Below, piece after piece: positions 1-11,518 of a stretch of 64,000 nucleotides of DNA. The position numbers and the translations under genes are program-made. The number at the start of each line of letters is the position of its first letter. Positions within the stretch are counted from its first letter, which is position 1. This DNA comes from Malacoraja senta (lineage: Eukaryota), in assembly GCA_038087875.1 (NCBI GenBank), contig CM075989.1, positions 3,286,001-3,350,000 of the forward strand. Direction: 5' to 3'. Under the pieces are notes generated by a model that did not search any database, was not told the origin of the DNA, and worked only from the letters and a program-made list of their open reading frames with translations.

Positions 1-547
1 TTTTTAAACTGTGGCCCCTGGTTCTGGACTCCCCGAACATCGGGAACATGTTTCCTGCCTCTAGCGTGTCCAAACCCTTAATAACCTTATTTGATTCAAT
101 AAGATACCCTCTCATCCTTCTAAATTCCAGAGTATACAAGCCCAGCCGCTCCATTCTCTCAGCATATGACAGTCCCGCCATCCCGGGAATTAACCTTGTG
201 AACCTATACTGCACTCCCTCAATAGCAAGAATGTCCTTCCTCAAATTTGGAGATCAAAACTGCACACAATACTCCAGGTGTGGACTCACTAGGACCCTAT
301 TCAACTGCAGATGGACCTCTTTGCCCTTATACTCAACTCCTCTTGTTATGAAGGCCAACATGCCTTTTGCTTTCCTCACTGCCTGCTGTACCTGCATGCT
401 TACTTTAATTGACTGATGAACAAGGACCCCCAGATCCTCTTGTCCTTCCCCTTTTCCCAACTTGATACCATTTAGATAATAATCTGCCTTCATATTGTTG
501 CTACCAAAGTGGATAACCTCACATTTATCCACATTAAACTTCATCTG
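1..547 (-). mobile_element. CR1-clade LINE (HER1-like) fragment, ORF2 RT C-terminal region
   Basis: ORF 254..544(-) MKFNVDKCEVIHFG...DLGVLVH...LVSPHLEYCVQF is typical CR1 ORF2 C-terminal sequence. Confidence 0.9.
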
Positions 548-565
548 TCATGCATCTTCCCACTC

Positions 566-1015
566 ATGCACACACACACATACACTCAAAATGTACACAT
601 ACTCATGTTTGTACACACACACACAAACAGTGTATGCACACTTGTGAACACACACACACACTTGTGTATGCACACACATACATACACACACGTGTGCATA
701 CACACACATGTACACACATACATACACATGTGTGTGCACACACATGTACACACACACACATGTACACACATACATACACACACACACTTCTGTGCACACA
801 CACAGACACATACACACATTCATACACACACTTGTGTGCACACACATGTACATACACACACGTGTACGCAGACACACACTCATACACATGTACATACACA
901 CACTTGTGCATACACACACACAGGTTGCCACATACATACACACACTTGTGAGCACACACACTTGTACATACACACACTTGTGCTCACACACACACATGTA
1001 CACACATACAAATGC
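566..1015. repeat. Degenerate (CA)n/(CATA)n low-complexity tract
   Basis: Visible CA-rich array; explains the spurious HT/CV-rich ORFs. Confidence 0.95.
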
Positions 1016-1345
1016 ATAAGCACATGACTTTCTCCTGTTCTATTTTCACCTCTGCCCACATTTACCATCCTCACTACAAAGACAGAAAACCCAGAATGAG
1101 AACCTCCCTCACTGACACAAACATGGACCATGCTCTCCACACGACGCATTTCACAATCGTTCTGTTTAATCCTGTTTGAGCTGATGAATATTCAACCTCT
1201 GAGACCGTGATGTTCACGTCCCCACAGTTTAATATTCCTTCCACAGTTTGATTTATGCCAGTTTATTCTCAATCCTTCATCTTTACTCCAAACATATGTT
1301 TTCTTAGGTAGTCGGACTAAACAGGCTGTGTTGTATGTTTTTTAG

Positions 1346-1640
1346 TTTTTAGTTTTAGAGACACAGCACAGACCGGTCCTTCGGCCCACCGAGTCCAGGC
1401 CAACCTGCGATCCCCGCACATCAACACCACCCCACGCACACTAGGGACAGTTTACATTTATACCAAGCCAAACCTGCACGACTTTGGAGTGTGGGAGGAA
1501 ACTGGGGATCTTACAGAAAACCAACCCGGTCATGGGGATGAACGTACAAACTCCATACAGACAGCACCCATAGTCAGGTTCGAACCCGGGTCTCTGGCGC
1601 TGTAAGGCAGCAACTTTACCGCTGCGCCACCGTGCCGCCC
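1346..1640 (-). mobile_element. HE1-like tRNA-derived SINE
   Basis: Reverse complement of GGGCGGCACGGTGGCGCAGCGG head, B-box GGTTCGAACC, conserved core and AAACT-type tail. Confidence 0.9.
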
Positions 1641-1874
1641 TCAGGTCAGATTAAGACTTTGTAATTTGCTTCTGACGTTCATGCCATTAATTCCAACAGA
1701 ATTTCAGGAGTACAGTCCATAACGTTGATGGAACTGGATTCAGTGCTCAGTGGCGCCAGCTAGGACTCTGTAAGGGTTTTATTTAGTTCCTTATTTTCAC
1801 CACCTTTACTATTTGTTTGCGCACGTGGGGTTGATTGCATAGGTCGAAACAGGGTGGACCGTGTGAAGGTTGCA

Positions 1875-2212
1875 ACCTCCCACTGAGTGGTGCAGAGCCT
1901 GGAAAGATGCCAACACCAGCAATGGAGAGGTCATCGCAGACCCCACAGTGAAACCGCTGGGTTTTGACCTCCATCGCAAGCAATGGCTAACCCTGTACAG
2001 AATCCGCACCCTCCATGCAAGAACAGCCCATCCCCTACATCAGTGGGGGATGACAGACAGCCCCCTGCTTGTGACTGCGGACATCCAGACCAAACCATCC
2101 CACACATCGTGAATGACTGCTCACTGAGGCTTTTCCTGGTGGCATCAAAGCCATCCACCCAGTAACTGATGCTGTCCTGGCCTGGATGTCTCCCCTTGAC
2201 CTACAACTTTAG
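1875..2212 (+). mobile_element. 3' remnant of an I-group (Vingi/Ingi-like) non-LTR retrotransposon
   Basis: Frameshifted GFDLHRKQWLTLYRIRT..HQWGMTDSP / ACDCGHPDQTIPHIVNDC, a C-terminal CCHC-type motif; clade assignment tentative. Confidence 0.6.
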
Positions 2213-2362
2213 ACAGTGCAAGACGAAGACCACCGTTACTCCTAAAGTGACTGACAGACTAACCAAAGCCCTGACCATCACTAGACACTAGACCCTTCCC
2301 TAACACTTGGAATATTGCATGCAGTTCTGGTTGCCCCATTACAGAAAGGACCTGCAGGCTAA

Positions 2363-2645
2363 AGGGCCTGTCCCACTGTACGAGCTAATTCAAGAGTTCT
2401 CCCGAGTTTTCCCCTGATTCGAACTTGCAGAATTACGGTAATAGCCGCTCGTAGGTACTCAGGGCTCTCGTGGACAAATCTTCAGAAGCCTTCACGAGCT
2501 TACTGCGTTTCCCGAGTACGTGTCGTTAGCGTTACGAGCCGCTAAGAGACGTCCCGAGCTCCGACGTGCCCTCTACGTACATTCTACGTGCTTACCACGA
2601 GTTTGATTTTTTTTTTAACTCGGGAGAGCTCTTGAATTACCTCGT
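2363..2645. mobile_element. PIF/Harbinger MITE, right end truncated by an HE1 SINE
   Basis: TAA then TIR AGGGCCTGTCCCAC; subterminal inverted match ctcgggagagctcttgaattacctcgt; homologous to 5291-5620. Confidence 0.8.
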
Positions 2646-3010
2646 GGTAGTGTTGCTGCCTTACAGCGCCACAGACTCCGGTTCGATCCTGACCACGGGT
2701 GCTGCCTGTACGGAGTTTGTACGATCTCCCCGTGACAGCATGGGTTTTCCTTGGGTCCTCCGGTTTCATCCCACACTTCAAAGACGTACAGGTTTGTAGG
2801 TTAATTGGTTTGGTATAAATGTAAGATTGTCCCTAGTGCTGCAACCTTCACGTGGTCCACCCTGTTTCGACGTAGGCAATCAACCCGGCATGGCGTGCGT
2901 GCGTCCTTAGTGTGTGTAGGGTAGTGTAGATGTGCAGGAGTCACTGGTCGGTGCGGGCTCGATGGGCCGAAGGGCCTGTTTCCGCACTGTATCTCTAAAC
3001 TAAACTAAAG
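2646..3010 (+). mobile_element. HE1-like SINE (5'-truncated, interrupted at 2839-2903)
   Basis: B-box GGTTCGATCC, core and CTAAA tail. Confidence 0.85.
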
Positions 3011-3277
3011 ACGCAGTATGTCGAGCATCACCAGATACCAGGCAACAGGAATTGGGAGAGAATAATCTGTGTGGGTTTTCTCCGGGTGCTCCGGTTTCCT
3101 CCCACACTCCAAGGACATACAGGTTTGTGGGTTAATAGGCTTTGGTGAAAATTGTAAATTGGGTCAGAGCAGAGTTGGTGGGCCGAATGGCCTGTTTCGA
3201 TGCTGTATATCTAAACTTTTACTGATGCCTGGTTTAGAGGGCATCAGCCCCAGTGAGAGGTTGGATAGAATTGGTGA

Positions 3278-3830
3278 AGGAAAGAACTGCAGATGCTGGT
3301 TTAAATCGAAGGCAGACACAAAATGCTGGAGTAACTCAGCCGGACAGGCAGCATCTCTGGAGAGAAGGAAAGGGTGACGTTTCGGGTCGAGAGCTTTCTT
3401 CAGACTGATGTCAGGGGAGTGGGCGGGACAGAGATAGAATGTAGTCGGAGACAGTAAGACTGGTCGGAGAACTGGGAAGGGGGAGGGGATGGAGAGAGAG
3501 GGAAAGCAAGGGCTATTTGAAGTTGGGGAAGTCAATGTTCATACCGCTGGATGTAAGCTACCCAGGAGAAATATGAGGTGCTGTTCTTCCAATTTGCACT
3601 GGGCAATGGAGGAGGCCCAGGACAGAATGGTCAGATTGGGAATGGGAGGCAGAGTTGAAGTGTTTAGCAACTGGGAGATCAGATAGGCTTAGACGGACTG
3701 AGCGGAGGTGTTCAGCGAAACGATCGCAAAGCCTGCGCTTGGTCTCACCAATATACAGGGGTCCACACCTGGAACAGCGGATACAGTAAATGAGGTTGGA
3801 CGAGGTGCAAGTGAACCTCTGCCTCACCTT
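3278..3830 (-). mobile_element. Penelope-like element remnant: GIY-YIG endonuclease end plus terminal repeat
   Basis: ORF 3558..4016(-) contains RQRFTCTSSNLIYCIRCSRCGPLYIGETKRRLCDRFAEH, contiguous with the abundant gaaggaactgcagatgctgg repeat. Confidence 0.85.
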
Positions 3831-4219
3831 GGATAGAATGGGATTGTTTTCTCTGGAATGCCGGAGGCTGTGGGAGACCAGATGGAAGTATTGAAGAGTA
3901 TGAGAGTCACAGATAAGGTAGACAGCCAGAACCTTTATCCAAGGTGGAAATATGAAATACAGCAGCATAGCTTTTAGGTGAGATGGGCAAAGTTTAAAGA
4001 AAATGTGCAGGGACATGACTATTACAGAGGGTGGTGGGTGCCTGGAACGTGTTAGCTGGGTCGGTTACTATAGTAGCATTTAAGAGACTTTTGCGTAGGC
4101 ACATGGATATGCATGGAATGGAGGGATATGGATTACATGCACACATTCACATACTTGATCTTGGCACCTTGTTTGACATAGACAGTGTGGGCTGACATAG
4201 ACATTATGTTCTAAATATC

Positions 4220-4705
4220 TATACTCCCCTTCCCATTCCCACACTGACCTTTCTGTTCTGGGCAGACTGAGGCCAAACACATATTGGAGGAACAGCACTT
4301 CATATTTCACTTGGGCAGCTTACATCCCAGCGGTCTGAATATTGGTTTCTCTAATTTCAAGTAATCTTTGCCTTCCCTCTCTCTCCTTCCATGCCCCACC
4401 TGAGCTGAGTGATACTGTTTGTATCACTCGCTATCACCTTTTCCACAGCCAACAATGGACCATTGTGGGCTCCACCATCAGTGCTGGTTTTGATTAGTTC
4501 TTTTCACACCTTTCATTCGTTTGTTCTTTGTACCTCTTCATACCCCCAGTTTCCCTCTCCCCTGACTCTCAGTCTGATGAAGGGTCTCGACCCGAAACGT
4601 CACCTAATCCTTTTCTCCTGAGATGCTGCCTGACCCGCTGAGTTACTCCAACATTTTGTGCCAATCTTCGGTGTATACCAGCATCTGCAGTTTCTTCCTA
4701 CACAT
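4220..4705 (+). mobile_element. Penelope-like 3' remnant with hammerhead-like core
   Basis: LEEQHFIFHLGSLHPSGLNI-like end of the GIY-YIG ORF, followed by CTGATGA-agggtctcgaccc-GAAA at 4574-4597. Confidence 0.75.
4570..4605 (+). ncRNA. Putative minimal type I hammerhead ribozyme motif (Penelope-associated; many copies in window)
   Basis: CTGATGA core, stem II GGGTC/GACCC, GAAA, then CG-TC as the cleavage-site end; stem I is weak (2-3 bp). Confidence 0.55.
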
Positions 4706-4981
4706 TTATCAAAACAGAAACTCACCAATTAGATAAAATGTGTAGGAAGGAACTGCAGATGCTGGTTTAAAGCGAAGATAGATACAAAAAACTCAGCGGC
4801 ACAGGCAGCATCTCTGGAGAGAAGGAATGGGTGACGTTTCGGGTCGAGACCCTTCTTCGGACTGAAAGTCCCACAGAGTTGCTCCAGTTTTTTGTGTCTA
4901 TCACCAATTAGATGGATAGATCGGAAAGGTTTCTGGGGTTTATGAGCCAAACATGGGTAAATAGGGCTATCTAGACAGGAC

Positions 4982-5150
4982 AGACAAAAATGCTGGAGAA
5001 ACTCAGCGGGTGAGGCAGCATCTATGGAGCGAAGGAAATAGGCAACGTTTCGGGCCCATTTCCTTCACTCCATAGATGCTGCCTCACCCGCTGACTTTCT
5101 CCAGCACTTTTGTCTATCTTTGATTTTCCAGCATCTGCAGTTCCTTCTTA
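4982..5150. repeat. Penelope-derived foldback (hairpin) repeat
   Basis: agacaaaaatgctggagaaactcagcgggtgaggcagcatctatggag is mirrored by ctccatagatgctgcctcacccgctgactttctccagcacttttgtct. Confidence 0.8.
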
Positions 5151-5290
5151 AACAAATATCTCGACAGGACATCTTGATTTGCACAGAGGAAATGGGCTGA
5201 AGGAGCTTTTTCCTTGTTGTATGACTAATTCCACTTGAAGCCTGGGTTGTGGAGGAGGTTGGTTGGTAAAGATAAAATGGGGAACATTTA

Positions 5291-5620
5291 AAACCCTGTC
5301 CCACGGTACGAGTTCATTCCAAGAGCTCTCCCGAGTTTGCCCTGATTCGAACTGAGAGATTTACGGTAATGGCCACTCGTCGGTACTCGGGGCTCTCGTG
5401 GAGATTTTTCAACATGTTGAAATATCTTCACGAGTCTTCCCGAGCTTACCTGCCGTTAGCGAGTCTTCCCGAGTACCTGCCGTTGGCGTTACGAGCCGCT
5501 AAGAGACGTCCCCGAGCTCCGACGTACCCGCTACGTTCATTCTCCGTGCTTACCACGAGTTTGATTTTTTTTTAACTCGGGAGAGCTCTTGGAATGAACT
5601 CGTACTGTGGGACAGGGCTT
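5291..5620. mobile_element. Complete PIF/Harbinger MITE (330 bp)
   Basis: TTA TSD at 5288-5290 and 5621-5623; ~45-bp imperfect TIRs aaaccctgtcccacggtacgagttcattccaagagctctcccgag / ctcgggagagctcttggaatgaactcgtactgtgggacagggctt. Confidence 0.9.
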
Positions 5621-6842
5621 TTACAGAAACAAATACTTGAAGTGAGGCCAGAACGGCTCTGGGAAAACTAATCTCTCTGAAGCAGAATGCAACAAAAAGC
5701 TTTGCAATGTCAATCCAAGAAGACCCAGACAGATCTCCACAGATCAAAGTATTCCAGCAGGTCTCTGCAAACCACAATAAACACCCAAAACTCTTTGTAA
5801 TTCCTACAAATCTCAACAGTCCCCACCAGCTCCAACACCGTGAAGCCAATCATAAAACCATCACGAGCTCCAACCAAACTGGCCAAAAGGCCTTGTGCCT
5901 TCTCAAACCTTTCTTTTTCTGTAGGAAGGAACTGCAAATGCTGCTTTACACCAAAGATAGACACAAAATGCTGGGGCAACTCAGCGGGACAGGCAGCTTC
6001 TCTGGGGAGAACGAATGGGTGACGTTTCGGGTCGAGACCCTTCTTCAGCCTGAAAGTCAGGGGAAGAGGGAAACGAGATGTGGAAGGGTGCATAGAACAT
6101 GTATGGTGTGAAAAGAACAGATCAAAGCAGGTGACGATCAAGGACATGTACAATGTTTTTTAGTTGGTGGGTATGTTTGAGTTTGAGTTTAGTTTATTGT
6201 CGCGTGTACCGAGGTACAGTGAAAAGCTTTTGTTGCGTGCTAACCAGCCAGCGGAGAAACAATACATGATTACAATCAAGCCAGGGTGGATCTACGCACG
6301 GTGCAGATACAGGATAAAGGGAATAACATCAATAGCAAAATTAAAGCATAATTAAGGTAAGAAATGTTACTGTTGCAGAAGAGATTTAAAAGAGTGGAGC
6401 GATTGTAAAGCGTGATTGCAGACCCATTGCTGTGACCAGCGCACAAAGTGTCGCTTGGCTTGGACGCCATCTTGGATCTTAGTATGTGGAACAAGCTGCC
6501 AGAGGAAGTGGATGAGAGAGGTCCAATAACAACATTTAAATACATTTAGACTGGTACATGGAAAGAGAAAGATTGGAAGGATATGGGCAAGCAAATGGGA
6601 CAAGCTTATATGGGGCATTTTGGTCGGCATGGCTGAGTTGGGCCAAAGGGCCTCTTTCCTTAGCTAAACACAGACACAAAATGCTGGATTAACCCAAACG
6701 GGACAGGCAGCATCTCTGGATAGAAGGAATGGGTGGCGTTTCAGGTCGAGACCCTTCTGAAGAAGGATCTCGACCCAAAACGCACCTATTTTTGGTGTAA
6801 ACCAGCATGTGCAGTTCCTTCCTAACTCTTTCCTTAACACAT

Positions 6843-7072
6843 TTGTGGAATTCCCTGCCACAGAGGGCAATGGAGGCCAAATCACTGGATGGATTTAAGG
6901 GAGAGTTAGATAGAGCTCTAGGGGCTAGTGGAAGCAAGGGATATGGGGAGAAGGCAGGCACGGGTTATTGATTGGGGACGATCAGCCATGATCCCAATGA
7001 ATGGTGGTGCGGGCTCAAAGGGCAGAATGTCCTCCTCCTGCACCTATTTTCTATGTTTCTATGTTTCTATGT
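6843..7072 (+). mobile_element. CR1/HER1 3' end
   Basis: LWNSLPQRAMEA..FKGELDRAL terminus, 3' UTR and (tttctatg)n tail. Confidence 0.85.
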
Positions 7073-7530
7073 TACCCGACTCTCCCGCTCCTCATCCTTG
7101 TGAATGCAGAAGGCAGCAGCAAGTGAATTTTTTATGAAGCTAATTTTTCAGTTCAGTGGAAAACAATCATACTAAATACGTCTCTGCATATGATATTTTA
7201 GGTTGAGATTGTGATTCAATGCCATTATAATTACAGTTTTACAAGGCAGTGTAAATCAGACCTTAGAACCAGTGGCCTCTGCCCCACCTCTATCCCGAGG
7301 CAGTGTGTAATTGCAAAGGCACAATACAAATGTCACTGGTCACATCAATGAATCACTAACCTGCATTTAAAGAGCCTCTTTGCCCCAGTTATATACCGTG
7401 TCCTTCTTTTATTGAACGCAACTAATGGATAAAGATTCAAAGAAGCTTTGCTCCACGGTTGCGGAGACAGAGGAAGAGAAGCAGGAGCAGGGCTTACAGC
7501 ACTTGGGCTGCCCTACTGTTTAATACAACG

Positions 7531-7760
7531 GGGCAGCGTGGTGGCACAGCTGGTAGTGCCGCTGCCTCACAGCGCCAGAGACCCGGGTTCGATCCCGAAT
7601 TCGGGGGCTGCCTGCGTGGAGTTTGCACGCTCTCCCTGTGACCGTGTGGGTGCTCCGGTTTCCTCCCACATCCCAAAGACGTCCCTAATTAGACGACATG
7701 GGTGATGACTGGGTCGGTACAGACTGGATGGGTTGAAGGGCCGGTTTCTGTGCTGTATCT
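7531..7760 (+). mobile_element. HE1-like SINE
   Basis: tRNA-like head with A-box and GGTTCGATCC B-box, conserved core. Confidence 0.8.
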
Positions 7761-8575
7761 CTCTCTGTCTCTGTTATGTCGTCCTTGCCTAGGGGGAAGA
7801 CTCTGGGGGGAATTGATAACATTATGGAGAAAATAAAGTTGGATTGGATCAGTGAAGGATAAGTGTAAATGGGTGGTTGGTGTGGACTTGTCGGGCCTGT
7901 TTCCATGCTCTATCCGTCCCCCACAGAGATGCTAACTCAATACCATATTCCTTGATGTCTTTTGTGTCTCCTTCTTAAATGTTATCATTCATCCATAGTC
8001 AGTTAGTGGGACATCATCTAACTGAAGTTGGCATTGCAGCCTCACAGCACCAGGCCTGGGTTCAACCCTATACACGTGTAGCTCATCAGAGCATGACACA
8101 AAATGGTGGTGTAACTCAGCAAGTCTGGCCTATCCATGTTGTCCACTGATGCTGCCTGACCTGCTGAGTTACTCCAGCCCTTTGTGTCTTTTTTTGTAAA
8201 CCAACATCTGCAGTTCCTACTGCCCAGCACGTCAGAGGACCCTGTGTGTAGTTCACTTTAAGTGTAGTTTAGAGATATGCCACAGAATCAAGCCCTTCGG
8301 CCACCGAGTCCATGCTGGCAATCAGTCACCCATTCACCCCTTCACATTAGTTCCACGTTAGACCACTGTATCACTCCGTACACACTAGGAGCAATTTACA
8401 GAGGACAATTAAAACCCCTGTCTCACGGTGCGAGCTGACCCACGAGGTACCCCGAGCTTAAAACAAATTTAAGTCGTGGTAATCACGTACGATTAACATA
8501 GCGGGAACGTCGGAACTCGTGGACGCAACTTAGCGACTCTTGGCGCTAACGGCAGGTACCCGTGACACTTGTTAA

Positions 8576-10417
8576 CTGTCTCACTGTGCGAGTTGACCCA
8601 CGAGTGACCCCGAGTGAAAGACTCGTGGTTGCGTACGAGACTACAAGTTTATGATCCAGAGTTTAACCGAGTTCCCACGGGTATGTCTACGTTTCCCGTT
8701 TACTTCTCATTTCTGCGATGTTCCAAGTTCGTCTCCCGAGTTACCAAGTTCCTCTCCCGTTAATCTTGAGGCAACAATGTATATCGAAGTATTGAAAAAT
8801 CATCACATGTTCAAAAAATGATGTCATGCCAGCCAAAGAACGTAGAGACTATTGTGTTTGCTGCATGTGTTCTGCACAACCTGATCCGTATCAGAGGTGC
8901 AGCTTCAGGATCAGCAACAGCCATGCAGGACGGTGACTTAGTGGACAGTCAAACAGGGAGAATAACACTAGGTGCGTGGAGGAGTGGTACAAACGACGGG
9001 ACTTTGGTGCCACTGCAGTGTTTTCGAGGTAACATGGGGACCAACAGTGCAAAAGAGCAGAGAGACCATCTCTGCTCCTACTATAATTCAGAATTGGGCA
9101 GTGTGCCATGGCAGGACAGCTTATTTTGAGCTGCTGCCGACCACAGGTACATCACTGCATGAGGAGAGCCCACATACAGAAAAATCCAGTTAATTTCATG
9201 TTTAGTTTAAATCCTGCTGACTTTTCATTGTTTAACTTTAAGTGTGGATTTTATTTTTTATTGTGGTGTAAAAGTAATTTCATTGCATCTGTCTTTCCTT
9301 TAAAACGTGGTTATCATGCATCTGCTTATCTGATTGTAGATCTCAAAACTTGTCATTTAGCGCATTGCATTGTATCTTTTATTGCCTGAATTTAGACTTG
9401 TGCATTTCTCAGCTGAATTAGTATATAGTGGAAATACTTTTATATGTGCTTCATTTGTTGATTTTCATGTATGAGAAGCCCTTTTTCAGACCACTGTGTT
9501 GTTTGCTGTGGTGCTTCACCGTGATATGGGTTTGCAGGAAATTACGCATATTTCTCAATATGCGCAAAAAAGCGTTTTTTATATTGAACAAGAATAAAGA
9601 CTTTGTTTCACATTCAAGATATTTGTTTCACATAAGACTTTGTCTTATGTTCTGATCTACTGAGAGGTGACAATTTTAAACATTTAAAAAGCACAGCATA
9701 TGAGGCAGCTGTCCTTAAATCTCACAAATGATTGTGAGAATCAAGATGTGAATATATTTTGCCTTCCTCTATTTTGTGTTTTATGATGAAAGGAATATTA
9801 CATTCAAGTCATGAGACTTTGTAGTGATATTAAAATGAAGACTTCCAGGCATCAATTTGATCTTGATAGCAAATAACTCTCTTTTATTGTGCAATGAAGT
9901 AAACAAACAGTGAGAATCAAACGGATCAGCAAAAAGCTTTTCAACACAACACAACACAACACAAATTTATATATAAACTTCAAGCAATTTTTTTCTTTTC
10001 AACCCACTCTGTCACCTTATCAATAACTTGCTTAACTTTGTTAAGCAGAATTTGTCTTTAAAAAGTCTAAGTAACTGATATTTCTGTCCCTGATTATTGT
10101 TTCTAAAAAGAGTTCCCACGGTAGACTCACGAGTCACAAAGTTAAACGCACGGGCCACTACGTTCTTACAACGAGTTTAAAATGTTTCAATTTTAACCTC
10201 AAGGGTACATTTTACTCGTGGAAAAGTACAAACATGTTTGAACTTTTGCAAGAGTTAACAAGTTTCACGTGTACCTGCCGTTAGCGCCAAGAGTCGCTAA
10301 GTTGCGTCCACGAGTTCCGACGTTCCCGCTACGTTAATTGTACATGATTACCACGAGTTAAATTTGTTTTAAACTCGGGGTCAATCGTGGGTCAACTCGC
10401 ACAGTGAGACAGCCCTT
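8576..10417 (+). mobile_element. Internally deleted PIF/Harbinger transposon (inner, nested)
   Basis: TAA at 8573-8575 and 10418-10420; ends ctgtctcactgtgcgagttgacccacga / tcgtgggtcaactcgcacagtgagacagccctt; contains a transposase C-terminus. Confidence 0.85.
8818..9129 (+). pseudogene. Harbinger DDE transposase C-terminal fragment (HARBI1-family-like)
   Basis: QPKNVETIVFAACVLHNLIR...AKEQRDHLCSYYNSELGSVPWQ; ACVLHN and GSVPWQ are typical of Harbinger transposase C-termini; catalytic core missing. Confidence 0.85.
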
Positions 10418-11165
10418 TAACTCTTGGAAAAATTCAAACATGTTTAAACATTTCCACGAGTAAAATGTACTCTTGAGGTTACAATTTGAAACATTTACAC
10501 ACGTTGTAAGAACGCAGTGGCCCGTGCGTTTACCTTAGTGACTCGTGAGTCTACCGTGGGAACTCTTTAACTCAGCGGGCAGGCAGCATCTCTGGAGAGA
10601 AGGAATGGGTGATGGGATGACATTTCCAAATTGGGAGGGGGGGTGAGAGGAGGGAGGGGGGGTGGAGGAGAGAGGGTTGAGAGTGGAGGGAGAGGAGGGG
10701 GAGACAGATGAGGGTGTCTTCATTCACTAGTGGCGGGTGCCGGTCACTGAAACAGGCAGGTGAGATTTCACATCCACATTCTGTGTGTGTGTGTCTCTCT
10801 CCCTCCCTGCCTCTCACACAGGCTGAGAGACTCTGCCTCTGTGAGTGTACTTCTCTTTCTCCCCCTCCCACACACAGTAAGACCGAGATAAGTCCATCTG
10901 TGTAAGTCCATCTGTGTCTCCCACATACACATTAAACTCTGCTTTGTGTGTATATACACGTCTCCCCCCATTTCTCTTTCTCCCCCCCCACCTCTCTCTT
11001 TCCCCCCCCCCCCCACCTCTCTCTTTCTTCCCCCACACACAATAAGACCGATGTATTCTGCTTAGTCTCTCTTCCCTCCCACACACACAGATAGACCGAG
11101 GTCCTGTGCGCTCTTTCTCTCTCCCCCACAGTCACGCCGAAGTACACCACACTGCCTTTGTGTGT

Positions 11166-11206
<41 letters not shown>

Positions 11207-11433
11207 TCATACAGTCAGAGATCCACACTGTCTCTGTGTCTCTCTCTCCCCTACACACACACACACACAGACTGAGGTACACACTGCCCGTTGTGTGTAT
11301 GTGTCTGCCTCTGTCTCTCTCTCCCACACACACAGTTAAAGGTACTCCACGCTGTCTGTGTGTGTGTGTCTCTCTCTCTCTCTCTGTCCCACCCCCACAC
11401 CCACACACAGTCAGTCAGTCAGAGGAACTCCAC

Positions 11434-11436
<3 letters not shown>

Positions 11437-11517
<81 letters not shown>
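11437..11517. repeat. (TG)n microsatellite, about 40 units
   Basis: Perfect dinucleotide run. Confidence 0.95.

Positions 11518-11518
<1 letters not shown>

Noticed and set aside
509..1027. Long His/Thr- or Cys/Val-rich ORFs (also 10768-11784)
   Set aside because: Translations of CA/TG/CT microsatellites
5647..5780. Walker-A-like peptide GQNGSGKTNLSEA resembling the SMC/RecF P-loop
   Set aside because: Immediately preceded by an in-frame TGA, no hydrophobic strand before it, no splice acceptor and no further homology; probably chance (BLASTX would settle it)
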